Shown one piece after another: positions 8,988 to 19,473 of a DNA stretch of 64,000 nucleotides. The notes under the pieces were generated by a model, which was not told the DNA's origin, did not search any database, and saw only the letters and a list, made by a program, of their open reading frames with translations. Position numbers and translations under genes: made by a program. This DNA comes from Ostreococcus lucimarinus. Taxonomy: Eukaryota. Positions within the stretch are counted from its first letter, which is position 1. Each line of letters starts with the position of its first letter. The stretch lies in the NCBI GenBank assembly GCA_000092065.1, contig CP000586.1; one strand, written 5' to 3'.

Positions 8988-11453
8988 ATGCGAAGCGCCG
9001 CGCCGCGATCGACCGAATCGATCGCTGGACGCGCGAGCGCCGGACGCGCGAGCGCGAGCGCGAGCGCGCGCGCGCGCGGACGATCGACGATTCGAAGCGA
9101 ACAATCCATCGATTGCGCGCGACCGATGCGACGCGCGGTGGCGCGCGCGGTGCGAACGACGCGGTGCGACGCGGCGTGGACGATCGGCGGGACGACGGCG
9201 AGTCGGAGTCGAGGGGGAGCGGCGCGCGAGGTGCGGACGGCGGCGAGCGGATGGCCCGGGGACGGCGCGAACGGGACGGGTGGCGCGGGCGACGCGAAGC
9301 CAAAGGGCGCGAGCGTGCAGTGGTTGCGCTCGGGACAAGCGCCGACGCCGGGATCTGGGGGCGCGCGACCGACGCAAGGGCAAGGGATGATGCGAGGGCA
9401 GCCGATGGCGCCGCCGGCGCAGCGGGGACAGCCGGGACCGCCGCCGCCGCCGAGAGGCGCGGCGCCGGCGAACGGCGGACGTCCGCCGGCGAACGGCGGG
9501 GCGCAGAGGCCGCAGAGCGCGGGACAGAAGCCGCAGGGTAACGTAAATGGAGGTTCGGCGACGACGGCGCATTTCAGCACGCCCGCGCCGGTGGTGCATC
9601 GATCGAAGCCGGACGCCGAGGGCGAGTACGCGCAGCAAGGAAGCACGGGACCGCCCGGTTTGCGCGACGCGCTGATGGATCACCGCATCGTGCTGCAGAG
9701 CTACACCCCGGGTCAGCATCGAATCATTTGCCCGACGTGCAACGGTGGGTCCACGGGCGAGCGCTCGCTGGCCGTGCACGTAGAGGATGATGGGAAGAGC
9801 GCGGCGTGGATGTGCCATCGAGCCAACTGCGAGTGGTCTGGTGGCACTGGTATGGATGGGCGCACGCGCGCGTCCAAGGGCGCGGACGGCGCGACATCGA
9901 ACAGACGTGTGGCGAAACCCAAGTTGCCGGCGCCGGAGGACTTGCAGCGCATCGGACCGGGAGAAATGACGGCGGCGGCGACGAAGTGGGCGGAGATGCT
10001 CAAGTCGCGCGGCATCTCGCTCGAAACCGCCGAACGCAACGGTTTGGCGGTACAGAGTGTGTACTCCCCCATCGCGAGTGGTTACGTCGATGCTTTGTGC
10101 TTTCCGTACATGCGTGACGGAGAGTTGATCAACATCAAGTACCGCGGTCCGGACAAGACGTTTTGGCAAGTCAAGGGCGCCGAAAAGATCTTGTACGGCT
10201 TGGACGACGTGACTGGTGAAGAGGAAGTTATTCTCGTCGAAGGCGAGATGGATAAACTGGCGCTCGAAGAGGCAGGCTTTAAGAATGTGGTCTCGGTTCC
10301 GGACGGTGCGCCGGGCAAAGTGAAGGACGGCCCGACGCCTGCGCCCGAGGAGGACAAAAAGTACGAGTACCTTTGGAATTGTCGCGCGCAGCTCGACACG
10401 ATTTCTCGATTCGTCATCGCCACCGATTCCGATGGGCCAGGTCAGGCGCTTTCGGAGGAGCTCGCGCGACGCCTCGGGAAAGAGCGCTGCTGGCGCGTCA
10501 CCTGGCCCGAAGGCTGCAAGGATGCCAACGAAGCGCTTCAGAAAGAGGGCGCCGACGTCGTGCGCGAGTGCCTCACCACGGCTGAGGGCTTCCCTCTGCG
10601 AGGATTGTTTAGATTTTCCGAATTCGCGCCCGAAATTGAGTCGTATTTCAACATGACCACCGCGAACGAGCTTCGTGGCGTGTCTACGGGGTGGCGCAAC
10701 ATCGACAACAACTACAGAATCGTCCCGGGCGAGCTCACAGTCGTCACCGGCGTGCCGAATAGCGGTAAGTCAGAGTGGGTGGATGCGTTGATGTGCAATT
10801 TAGCGGTTCAGCACGGCTGGTCGTTCGCGCTTTGTTCTCTCGAAAACAAAGTGCACGAACACGCGAGAAAGTTGGTGGAGAAATACGTGGGAGAACCTTG
10901 GTTCGAAGGAAAATATTCGAAAGCGCCGCGAATGAATCCGGATACGATGCGCTCCGGGATGAAGTGGTTGAACGAGCATTTCGTGCTCATTCGTCACGAA
11001 GACGACGAACTTCCTAGTGTGGATTGGATCTTAGGATTGGCGCGCGCCGCGGTGTTGCGTCACGGCATCCGTGGGCTCTTGATCGACCCTTACAACGAGC
11101 TTGATCACAAGCGTCCCACGGGCCAAACGGAAACCGAGTACGTGTCGCAAATGCTCACTCGAATCAAACGGTTCGCTCAGCACTACGACGTCCACGTCTG
11201 GTTTGTCGCCCACCCGCGTCAGTTACACAACTGGAAAGGCGAAGCCCCGGGTCTGTACGACATCTCCGGCTCGGCGCACTTCATCAACAAGTGCGACAAT
11301 GGCATCGTCGTCCACCGTAATCGCGACGAAAAGCTCGGATCGCTTCGTGAGGTGACGATTAACGTTCAAAAAGTTAGAAATAAAGTCGCTGGCTCTATCG
11401 GCGACCCAAAACTCGAGTACAACGTCTCCAACGGTCGTTACGTCGACATCTAG
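8988..11453 (+). CDS. TWINKLE: Twinkle-type organellar DNA primase-helicase (T7 gp4-like)
   Basis: Zinc-binding primase motif (IICPTCNGGS...CHRANC). TOPRIM motif (ILVEGEMDKLALEEAGF). DnaB-like helicase Walker A VTGVPNSGKSEW and Walker B GLLIDPYNE. Long G/P/Q-rich N-terminal extension. Confidence 0.85.
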   Translation: MRSAAPRSTESIAGRASAGRASASASARARGRSTIRSEQSIDCARPMRRAVARAVRTTRCDAAWTIGGTTASRSRGGAAREVRTAASGWPGDGANGTGGAGDAKPKGASVQWLRSGQAPTPGSGGARPTQGQGMMRGQPMAPPAQRGQPGPPPPPRGAAPANGGRPPANGGAQRPQSAGQKPQGNVNGGSATTAHFSTPAPVVHRSKPDAEGEYAQQGSTGPPGLRDALMDHRIVLQSYTPGQHRIICPTCNGGSTGERSLAVHVEDDGKSAAWMCHRANCEWSGGTGMDGRTRASKGADGATSNRRVAKPKLPAPEDLQRIGPGEMTAAATKWAEMLKSRGISLETAERNGLAVQSVYSPIASGYVDALCFPYMRDGELINIKYRGPDKTFWQVKGAEKILYGLDDVTGEEEVILVEGEMDKLALEEAGFKNVVSVPDGAPGKVKDGPTPAPEEDKKYEYLWNCRAQLDTISRFVIATDSDGPGQALSEELARRLGKERCWRVTWPEGCKDANEALQKEGADVVRECLTTAEGFPLRGLFRFSEFAPEIESYFNMTTANELRGVSTGWRNIDNNYRIVPGELTVVTGVPNSGKSEWVDALMCNLAVQHGWSFALCSLENKVHEHARKLVEKYVGEPWFEGKYSKAPRMNPDTMRSGMKWLNEHFVLIRHEDDELPSVDWILGLARAAVLRHGIRGLLIDPYNELDHKRPTGQTETEYVSQMLTRIKRFAQHYDVHVWFVAHPRQLHNWKGEAPGLYDISGSAHFINKCDNGIVVHRNRDEKLGSLREVTINVQKVRNKVAGSIGDPKLEYNVSNGRYVDI

Positions 11454-11911
11454 GCTCGCTTTTAATCGAATCGTTCTTCTCACCTTTACGACACAGTCTT
11501 CGCGCCGCGGCGTTCGACGTCCCGGCGTCACGACGACCGGCGCACATCGCCTCGAAAACGCACTCGAGAGCTCGTAAAATCGAAACGGGGATACACTTAT
11601 GTTATTCTTTGCATTAACATGCGCTAACCTGCGCTAGTCTCTCGCCGTCGAACTTTGCAGCCGTCGCCGCGGAACCCTCGCCTGAAGAACCACCACCGCC
11701 GCTCGCGTCCGCTACCCGCGTCGCGCGCGCTCGCGGTCGATCTCGAGCGACGCGCGTCTGACCTAATCGTCGTCCTCACAGGCTCACGCCCGGAAAGCAA
11801 TGCTCGAACGTCTGTTTCGGGTGTTTATTATCGCTGTGCTCCTTCAGCTTAATCGGCGCGAGCGTGCACATGAAGCTCGCGCGGCACACTTGACACACCG
11901 TCGACATCGCC

Positions 11912-13267
11912 TTGGCGTTCGCCGCGAGCTGCGACCCCGCCCCGGCTTTCTGCGCCTTCTCCATCGCCTTCTTCCGCGCCGTCGCCGATTTTTGCGCGTT
12001 CCCTCCGCCCATGATGCGTCGTGATGTGCGACCGGCGCCGCATTTCGCGCCTCGCCTCGCCGTCGACATGCGCGCGGTGCTCGAGCTGACGCGCAGACGC
12101 GCGAGAAACGCTCGTTTCGCGCGCGCGCGCGCCGTCGTCGGCGCGAGAGCGCGCGCGGCGGACGCGCAGGAGCTTCGGGACGACTCGAAGGGGGGCTCGA
12201 GCGTGGATAAAGCGACGTCGACGGCGGCGGAGGCGCGCGAGACGGCGCACACGCTCGAGGGATTTCGCGAGGCGCTGAGGCACGGACCGGGATTCGATGA
12301 CTTCGTGCGAGGCGACGTGGCGTACAGCGTGCCGGCGCCGAAGAGCCTGAAGGATAAGACGACGCGTAAGCCCGCGTGGCTGAAGCGCGAGGTGCCGGGG
12401 GGCGAGCGGTACACGGAGATAAAGTCCAAATTGCGCGAGCTGAAGCTGGCGACGGTGTGCGAGGAAGCGAAGTGCCCGAATTTGGGCGAGTGCTGGGGGG
12501 GCGGGGACGGGAAGACGGCGACGGCGACGATCATGATCATGGGCGACACGTGCACGCGAGGGTGCCGGTTTTGCGCGGTGAAGACGGCGAAGGCGCCGCC
12601 ACCTTTGGATAAGGATGAACCGGCGAACGTGAGCAAGGCAATCGCGGCGTGGGGATTGGATTACGTCGTGCTGACGAGCGTCGATCGGGACGATATCGAG
12701 GATCAAGGAGCGGGGCATTTTCGGGAGACGGTGCAACGTCTCAAGGCGTCTTGCGACGTCTTGGTCGAGGCGTTGACGCCGGATTTCAGGGGCGAGAAGC
12801 ACTTGGTCGAGCTCGTGGCTACTTCAGGCTTGGATGTTTTCGCGCACAACGTCGAGACGGTTCCCGAGCTTCAACGCGACGTCCGTGATCGACGGGCGAA
12901 CTGGGACCAATCCATCGAGGTTTTGAAGCACGCGAAAAAGTCGGGGGCGAAAATCACGAAGACGTCCATCATGCTTGGTCTCGGAGAGACGCATGAGCAA
13001 GTCGTCAACGCGCTGAAATTACTTCGTGAGGCTGACGTGGACGTTGTGACGTTTGGTCAGTACATGCGACCGACGAAGAAACACTTGGCAGTCGTCGAAT
13101 ACGTCACCCCGGAGGCGTTCAAGCGGTATCAGGAAATCGCCGAAGAAATGGGCTTTCTGTACGTCGCCTCCGGCGCAATGGTGCGATCGTCGTACAAGGC
13201 TGGCGAATTCTTTTTAGCGAATGTCATTAAACAGCGCAAAGCGAAGGAAGCTGCGGCAGCGAACTAA
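11912..13267 (+). CDS. LIAS: Lipoyl synthase (radical SAM), organellar. ORF opens at 11912 but the likely start is ATG 12068 ([31 protein letters not shown] presequence) or ATG 12011 ([19 protein letters not shown]); the presequence starts at the second.
   Basis: [11 protein letters not shown]...[18 protein letters not shown], i.e. the two lipoyl-synthase Cys clusters. C-terminal [16 protein letters not shown]. Confidence 0.85.
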   Translation: MAFAASCDPAPAFCAFSIAFFRAVADFCAFPPPMMRRDVRPAPHFAPRLAVDMRAVLELTRRRARNARFARARAVVGARARAADAQELRDDSKGGSSVDKATSTAAEARETAHTLEGFREALRHGPGFDDFVRGDVAYSVPAPKSLKDKTTRKPAWLKREVPGGERYTEIKSKLRELKLATVCEEAKCPNLGECWGGGDGKTATATIMIMGDTCTRGCRFCAVKTAKAPPPLDKDEPANVSKAIAAWGLDYVVLTSVDRDDIEDQGAGHFRETVQRLKASCDVLVEALTPDFRGEKHLVELVATSGLDVFAHNVETVPELQRDVRDRRANWDQSIEVLKHAKKSGAKITKTSIMLGLGETHEQVVNALKLLREADVDVVTFGQYMRPTKKHLAVVEYVTPEAFKRYQEIAEEMGFLYVASGAMVRSSYKAGEFFLANVIKQRKAKEAAAAN

Positions 13268-13323
13268 TGTTTTATCGTTAGAACTTCTTGTACAATACGA
13301 GCGAAAGAGTTGCAGACCATTCA

Positions 13324-14232
13324 CTACACGCGACACCGCGCAATGTGACGAATCAGATCGGTTTCGTCGTCGACGAAATAAATTTCACGAATCTTCACCG
13401 TGAGAAGCAAGATTTTGAACGTGTAATTGATGTGCCAAGTCGACCACTCGCGCTCATTCGGCGCCCGGCCTTTGTAATTCGGGCCGTCGACGCTGCATTT
13501 CATGTACTTGAGCGTTCTTCCGTCGCCACGCGTGCTCGCGCCTCGCATGCGCGTCGACATGCGGCGAACGGATTCATTCAAACTCAATACAACTTCTTCT
13601 TTCCCTTTGAAATAATCACCGTGCACGTTCAAGTAATCTACGTCGTCGGAGAACAGCGCGCCGATTTCCTCCGCCGACGCCCACTCAAAGTCTTGATTTT
13701 GGATTGCGAATCCGAACGCTTTGGACAGCGCCTTTGGCCCTTTCGGCTCCTCGCGCGCGGTCAACCGCGTGGTAGCTTCCGACGAGGGTTTCGGCATCAG
13801 CGCGGGTAAGCTTTTCAAGTACGCAAACTTCTTCTCCGTCTCCTCGTCCAAACCTTGCTCGATCATAAACTTGGCCGCGTTGCGAACGGTTTCGTTCGAG
13901 GATTTCAACGCCTCCACGACCGTCGGATGAAGCTCATTCGACGGCTTCCTTTTCACGCGTCGTTTACCGTTCGTCCCATCGCGATCGTCACCGTCGACGC
14001 GCGTTCTCGTGAGTTCCAACGGATCAAACTTCGCCGCGACGTCCTCCGCGCGTTCGCGTTCGCCCTCGCCCTCGTCGAGCTCCTCCGCGGAGTCCCTCGT
14101 GGACGACCGACGCACTCGATCCTTCGTCGCGACGTCGCGTCTCGTCGACGCCGCGTCCGCGGCATCCGCGACGCGCTCGTTCGCCCCGTCGTCGTCCGCG
14201 ACCGCGCGTTCGACGCTCGCGCACGCCCCCAT
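13324..14232 (-). CDS. hypothetical protein with a predicted N-myristoylation/palmitoylation start (MGACAS...)
   Basis: The minus ORF 13324..15015 is antisense to the DUSP domain. It is trimmed to the internal ATG at 14232, which gives MGACASVE (G2, C3/C4, S6). The lower-GC C-terminal half (13324-13960) looks globular. Confidence 0.5.
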   Translation of the reverse strand: MGACASVERAVADDDGANERVADAADAASTRRDVATKDRVRRSSTRDSAEELDEGEGERERAEDVAAKFDPLELTRTRVDGDDRDGTNGKRRVKRKPSNELHPTVVEALKSSNETVRNAAKFMIEQGLDEETEKKFAYLKSLPALMPKPSSEATTRLTAREEPKGPKALSKAFGFAIQNQDFEWASAEEIGALFSDDVDYLNVHGDYFKGKEEVVLSLNESVRRMSTRMRGASTRGDGRTLKYMKCSVDGPNYKGRAPNEREWSTWHINYTFKILLLTVKIREIYFVDDETDLIRHIARCRV

Positions 14233-14523
14233 CGCGCGCGTCGCGTCGCGCCCTCGCCGAACGTCCTTTCGTCTTCCGACCACCCTCGCGCGACGCGCGG
14301 CGCGCTCGAGCTCGCGTCGCGCGCGCGGGACGCCGCGAACGCGCGCGCGCGCGTTTCTATCGCGCGTCGCGCGCGCGCGGCGTCGAGAGAAACGCGCGCC
14401 TCGGGCGTGACGACGCGCGTCGGACGCGCTAACATCCAAGAACGTTCCGAAACGCTCGCGCGGCACTTCGCGACGCCCGCGCGCGGACGCGCGACCGCGT
14501 CGCGCGAACGCGTCGCGCGGTCG

Positions 14524-15258
14524 ATGCTGGCCGACGTCGCGCACGCGCGATCGGCGTACGACGCGATCAAGGCGCTCGTGCTCCGCGACGGCGCGCGTCG
14601 AGGCGACGGCGTGTCGAGGGTGTTGAGCCGCGGCACGCGCGGCGACGGCGACGGCGACGCGCGCGCGCGCGCGATGGATAAATCGACGCAAGACGCGAGA
14701 GTGAAGGCGCTGTTCGCCGCGCTGCTCACCGCGCGGTCGGTGAAGAACGACTCGCGCGCGGTGGAGGTGACGAAGGGCGTGTACATCGGGAGCGTGGGCG
14801 CGGCGAAAAACGTCGAGGCGCTGCGCGAGCTCGGCGTCACGCACGTGTTGACCGCGTGCGGTGGAATGCCGCGCGAGGGGTTCTATCCCGATGATTTCGA
14901 GTACGCCACGTGCGCGGTGGACGATAAGCCCGACGCCGCGATCGATGAACACTTTGACCGATGCTTCGACTTCATTCGCGACGCGCTCGCGCGAGACGGA
15001 AAGGTGTTGGTGCACTGCTTTCAGGGTAAGAGTCGAAGCGCGACGATTTGCGCCATGTACATGATGCGCGCGCTCGGCATGGATTTAGACGAGGCGATGA
15101 CCGCCATTCGTGAGGTGCGGCCGTGCGCGCAGCCGAACTCCGGGTTCATTCGAGCGTTGCGAGCGCTCGAGCGCTCGCTCGCCGCGCGCTCCGTTCCGAG
15201 CGGCGACGAGTCGCCGAAGAAGAAGACCAAGACGACCGCGCCGACGCGCGCGCGCTGA
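14524..15258 (+). CDS. Dual-specificity protein phosphatase (DUSP)
   Basis: Catalytic loop VHCFQGKSRSATICAMYMM (HCxxGxxRS). ORF opens at 13855, but the upstream part is R-rich antisense of the neighbouring gene. Start ATG at 14524, or at 14674 (MDKSTQDARV). Confidence 0.7.
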   Translation: MLADVAHARSAYDAIKALVLRDGARRGDGVSRVLSRGTRGDGDGDARARAMDKSTQDARVKALFAALLTARSVKNDSRAVEVTKGVYIGSVGAAKNVEALRELGVTHVLTACGGMPREGFYPDDFEYATCAVDDKPDAAIDEHFDRCFDFIRDALARDGKVLVHCFQGKSRSATICAMYMMRALGMDLDEAMTAIREVRPCAQPNSGFIRALRALERSLAARSVPSGDESPKKKTKTTAPTRAR

Positions 15259-15404
15259 GCGCGCGCCGATCGCCGATGCGATAGCGCACGGAATTAGCCT
15301 CTCTCACCCACGGTCGAGATTGTGTACTCGTAGAAAGTAGGAAATTGACGTTGTAGCGAGCAGTCGCCCGCGCGAGCCAGACACAAGATGTTCACTCTCG
15401 ACGA

Positions 15405-18311
15405 ATGCACCGCCGCAGTGGCCGGCGCGCGCGGCGCGCGGTCGACATCGCGCTGGCAGGCGTCGCGGTACGAATGAAGTACGCGATGGCGACGCCCGAG
15501 CCGCCGCCGAACGCGCCGATACCGCGCACGGCGACGCTGAACGTCACCGATCGAGACCAATGGGACAGAATCTCGAGCGCGATCCTTTCCGGCGCCGGGC
15601 CGCGCGACGCAGGCGACGACGCGCTGAACGTGGAGCGGAAAGCGATGGCGAAAGAACTAGCGGCGATGCGTCGGTACGTCAAAGAGCTGGAGATCGAGCG
15701 GGAGGCGAGCGAGGAGCGGGCGGCGCAGAGAGAGCGGGACGCTCGGGACGCGGAGCAGCGCGCGAACGCGGGAGACGCGAGAAACGCGGAGAGGCTGGCT
15801 ATGAAGGAGCTCGAGATGACGCAGCGAGAGCGTGAACTGATCTTAAGAGAGGAGGAAGTCGACGCGCGGGCGCGGGCGACGGAGGACGCGGAGGTTTTTG
15901 AGGCGAATTTGAAGAGACGCGCGGCGCGTTTGGACGAACGCGAGCGAGCGATGCGAAACGCGAGGGATGATTTAGATTTACGGGACGATCAACTCACGGA
16001 AGCGATCGTCGGGCTCGAGCGCGAAAATGAGGCTGTGCGTCGCGAGACGGCGGCGATGGAACGCCGTCGCGAGGAGATTGTCCGCGAGCTCACGGATCGG
16101 GAGGTGGGCGTATTGAAGCGCGAGGAGAGCGCCACGGAACGTGAGCACGAGTTGCGCGTGGTGGAGGGGCGTTTAGGAGCGCTGAAGGAACGCGCTTCGG
16201 ACGAAGAGGCGCGGTTGAGGCGCGCGATAGAGCGCGCAGACGCGGCAGAGAAGCGAGAGGCGGACGTCGCCAGGCGACTTCACGAACTTGAAAACGACGA
16301 GCAGCGCGTGCGGACGAATTTGCGAGAGGTGCAGGCCGATGTGGGGCGCGCTGTCGACGTCAAGGCGAGCGCGCAACGCGAAACGGATGCGTTGAAGAAG
16401 GACGTCGAAATATTGCGCGGAGAACTCAGCGCGCTTACGGCTGAAAAGGCGCGACAAGTGCAATTCATCCAGAGCGTACGCTCCGATTTAGACGAGCGCG
16501 AGCGCGAAACTGCGGACGCGGCGGAAATCGCGGCGAACGAGTGCGAAGCCATCGCCGTTGCGTGGGACGAAATTGAAAGCATGCGCTCTGACTTGGAGCG
16601 TCAAGAAAAGATGATCGAAGACACGGCGGCACAGTTGGAAGAAAACGTCAAGGCGTTTGACCGCGACGCCACGGCGATGCGCGAGCGTCAGGAGGAAAAC
16701 GAGCGAAAGCTCGATGAGTTGCGCGAACACGAGGAGTTTTTACGTCGATTAGCGAGCGAAAACGAATCAAAGGCGCGCGAAGTCTCGACGCTCGAAGCGG
16801 AGATCGCCGAGCGACTCCGCGACGTGGAGGCGCGAGAGGCGGAAGTAGCCGAATGGAGGCCGCAAATTGACGAGTTCAAGTCAAAACGAGTGGACATCGA
16901 GGCGCACGCGGCAGCGATCGAAACAGCCAAGACGCAACTCGTCGAGCTGAGCGCTCGTGAGAAAGAGCTCGAAGAGAAAGAGTTACAGCTCGAGCGACGC
17001 GAAGAGGCGGCGGCTCGTCAGTTGAGCGCCGCGGCTGAAGCGGAGGTAATCTTGAATGAAGAAAACGCCAAGTTGGAGCAAAAGCTGCAAGAAATGGCGC
17101 CGAACTTGATCGCCGCTGAGCTCGAACGCGAAGTGGTCGAATTAAAGATGGAGCTCGAACGCACGAAAGCCGCAGCGAACGCCGTGATGGCGAACGCGGA
17201 CATGGAGCGACGACGCCGCGAGGAAGAAGAATCTTCCAGCGGCGCCGCCGCCGGCGACGCTGACCCTTTTGCCGCGGTCGGTGAGGAGAAAATTCGTCAA
17301 GAGGAGCGCGCGCGCGCAGAACAAGTCCTTGAGTCTAAGACGGCGGCGCTCTTACGCGCGAACGCGCTTCTAGATGCGAGAGAAAATGAGCTCGCCAAGC
17401 GCGAATTCGCGTTGACGGATGAGCTTGAACGACTCGAGCACGATACTGCGCGCCTGTTGACGCTACAAGACGAAGTGAACGAGCGAATGAAGGACGTGCT
17501 CGAGGTCGAGATGCACGGCATCGGCGGTGAGCCGCGCAAACGGCGAGAAGACGCGTCGGACTACGCGACCGTCGCCAACGCCGAGCGTCACGCGGCGACC
17601 ATTCTCGCCGACGCGGAGGAGGTGCGCCGAACCGCGCGCGCCCACCTCGAGGCCGCTACGGCTACCGCACAAGCCGCGCGGGCGATCAACGACGCATGCG
17701 AGTCCAGCGAAAGAGAAGGCGCGGCGACGATAAAGCGCGTATCCGCCGTCGTGGCCTCGGCAATTCAGGCGGCGAAGCGACAGGGCGACGAATTACGCGC
17801 CCGCCGCGAGCAAGCCTCTACGTCCGTCGTCGCGCTCGATCGCGACGCCAAGATTGATTTACTCGACGCTCAACTCGAGTACGTCGCCAAGGCCAAGGCT
17901 GACCTCGACCGCCGCGAGGCGTCCATACGAAGCGACTCGTTCGCCGCGGCGTCTCGCCGTCGCGCCGACGCCGCGACGTCCAACGACGAGCTCTCCTCCC
18001 GAGCCCGAACCGCGCGCCTTCGCGAGGAAGTCCACGGCGCCGCCGAGCATCTTCTCGAGTGTTTGTCTCAGGGCGAGACCGCGCTCGCGCGAGCCGACGC
18101 CGTGCTCCACGCGCCTCGCGTCTCCGAGCTCCGTCTCAAGCTCGCCGGATTACTCGGCGTCGCCGATCGTCTCGCGCGCGCGCGCGTCGACGTCTCCGGC
18201 GACGACACCGAAGAGGACATTTTATCCGATCGTCTCGCCGCGTTAGAGCACGAGATTCGTCGCGCCGGCGGTTGGTTCGAGGACTTGCGTCGCGCCGTTC
18301 GCGAGGTGTAA
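15405..18311 (+). CDS. large E/R/A-rich coiled-coil protein (968 aa), function unknown
   Basis: Continuous heptad-like ERxxLEE repeats across ~900 aa. No enzymatic motif seen. Confidence 0.55.
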   Translation: MHRRSGRRARRAVDIALAGVAVRMKYAMATPEPPPNAPIPRTATLNVTDRDQWDRISSAILSGAGPRDAGDDALNVERKAMAKELAAMRRYVKELEIEREASEERAAQRERDARDAEQRANAGDARNAERLAMKELEMTQRERELILREEEVDARARATEDAEVFEANLKRRAARLDERERAMRNARDDLDLRDDQLTEAIVGLERENEAVRRETAAMERRREEIVRELTDREVGVLKREESATEREHELRVVEGRLGALKERASDEEARLRRAIERADAAEKREADVARRLHELENDEQRVRTNLREVQADVGRAVDVKASAQRETDALKKDVEILRGELSALTAEKARQVQFIQSVRSDLDERERETADAAEIAANECEAIAVAWDEIESMRSDLERQEKMIEDTAAQLEENVKAFDRDATAMRERQEENERKLDELREHEEFLRRLASENESKAREVSTLEAEIAERLRDVEAREAEVAEWRPQIDEFKSKRVDIEAHAAAIETAKTQLVELSAREKELEEKELQLERREEAAARQLSAAAEAEVILNEENAKLEQKLQEMAPNLIAAELEREVVELKMELERTKAAANAVMANADMERRRREEEESSSGAAAGDADPFAAVGEEKIRQEERARAEQVLESKTAALLRANALLDARENELAKREFALTDELERLEHDTARLLTLQDEVNERMKDVLEVEMHGIGGEPRKRREDASDYATVANAERHAATILADAEEVRRTARAHLEAATATAQAARAINDACESSEREGAATIKRVSAVVASAIQAAKRQGDELRARREQASTSVVALDRDAKIDLLDAQLEYVAKAKADLDRREASIRSDSFAAASRRRADAATSNDELSSRARTARLREEVHGAAEHLLECLSQGETALARADAVLHAPRVSELRLKLAGLLGVADRLARARVDVSGDDTEEDILSDRLAALEHEIRRAGGWFEDLRRAVREV

Positions 18312-18384
18312 TTTAACCAACTCTCTCCGCGCGCCGGGCGCTGCCATCGTCAAAAGTCGACGCCTCGCGACCGCGCGCGGCGCG

Positions 18385-19473
18385 ATGGATCGCGCGCCCG
18401 CGACGGACGCGCCGTCCGTGTTCGCCCGGCTCGACTCCAACGCCGCCGCGCGCGTCGCGCGCGTCGAGGCGCGACGAAACGATGCGAAACTCGACGCGAA
18501 TCCGCTCGAAGACGCGGCGAAATGCGTCGACGCGTTCGAACGCGCGCGACGCGAGATCGAGGACGCGCTGCGAGACGTCGCGCGCGATGCCGCGCGCGCG
18601 CGGACGAGCGCGCGGGACGACGCGGAGACGAACGAGGCGAGGGAGACGGGGAAGGCGGCGCTGCGCGCGGTCAACGCGCGCGTCGTCGATTTGGACCGCG
18701 CGACGGCGGAGTGGAGTTATTTCTTGCCGGCGTACGACGCGAGGGTGATGATGCGGAAGATGGGGGAGCTCAGGGAGCAGTTCGAGCGCGCGGTGGCGTG
18801 CGTGACGCCGAGAGAGAGGTTTAGGTTTAAATCGAGAGGGGGACGCGCGACGGTCGGGGGCGCGGCGGCGAGCGCGGCGACGCCGGCGAATCAAACGGCT
18901 GTCGCGATGGCGGCGCTGGATTTGTGCGACGCGGACGACGGGCCGGGGACGCGAGATAGGCGCGGGGAGACGATCGTGATCGATCGCGCGACGAATGATG
19001 GTGAGGATTACGCGTTGGAGAGGCTGGTGGATTGCGACATTTTCGTGCTCGGAGCGATTCGCGCTTTGCGGGCGTACGATTTGAGACGGTGTCGCGTGTA
19101 CGTGCTCGCGATCGCCGGCAGCGCGCTCGTTGAAAACATCGTAGACAGCGTCGTGTGCGTCGCGACTCGACAGTTGCGCGTGCACGCGGCGAGACGGACG
19201 AACTTTCACGTGCGCGCGACGTCGAGACCGATCGTGGAGGATTCGCGCGAAGTCGCCTTTGCGCCGCGTTTTTCGATCGAATCGCCGAACGAAGAGGAGG
19301 TGTTGAAAGCGCACGGGTTATTTGAAGAGAATCACATGTGGAGAGAGGTCGATGATTTTTTGTGGCTCAAGTCGAGTCAATCGCCGCATTGGCGCTTGCT
19401 CGACGAGCGCGATCGAGCCGAAGACGAGCGAGCGACGCGAGAGCGATTCGACGAATTTCGTCTTAGGAAGTAG
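18385..19473 (+). CDS. TBCC: Tubulin-folding cofactor C-like (TBCC / CARP domain) protein
   Basis: N-terminal coiled coil followed by a beta-helix CARP-like segment: VDCDIFVLGAIRALRAYDLRRCRVYVLAIAGSALVENIVDSVVCVATRQLRVH. Confidence 0.65.
   Translation: MDRAPATDAPSVFARLDSNAAARVARVEARRNDAKLDANPLEDAAKCVDAFERARREIEDALRDVARDAARARTSARDDAETNEARETGKAALRAVNARVVDLDRATAEWSYFLPAYDARVMMRKMGELREQFERAVACVTPRERFRFKSRGGRATVGGAAASAATPANQTAVAMAALDLCDADDGPGTRDRRGETIVIDRATNDGEDYALERLVDCDIFVLGAIRALRAYDLRRCRVYVLAIAGSALVENIVDSVVCVATRQLRVHAARRTNFHVRATSRPIVEDSREVAFAPRFSIESPNEEEVLKAHGLFEENHMWREVDDFLWLKSSQSPHWRLLDERDRAEDERATRERFDEFRLRK

Noticed and set aside
8340-10169. 609-aa minus-strand ORF, and similar long ORFs at 1131..2114 (+), 4465..5880 (+), 4811..6046 (+), 11776..12802 (-), 24793..26097 (-), 31009 upstream part and 61686..63638 (-)
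   Set aside because: They are antisense or out-of-frame relative to strongly recognisable genes (Twinkle, P4-ATPase, PreP, LipA, eEF3, FGAM synthase). Their translations are R/A/G-rich low complexity, as expected for stop-codon-poor ~70 % GC DNA.
8988-11453. Phage T7 gp4-like primase-helicase as evidence of a prophage or viral insertion
   Set aside because: The domain architecture and N-terminal extension match the eukaryotic organellar Twinkle of plants and algae. Flanking genes are ordinary nuclear genes.
13295-13312. TTGTACAATACGAG resembling the recurring promoter motif
   Set aside because: Only a partial match, and it is located between two convergent 3' ends rather than in a promoter.
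15290-15320. ctctcacccacgg, a partial match to ctctCACTGTTTACCCATACG, upstream of the coiled-coil gene
   Set aside because: It lacks the TGTTTAC core. Too degenerate to call.
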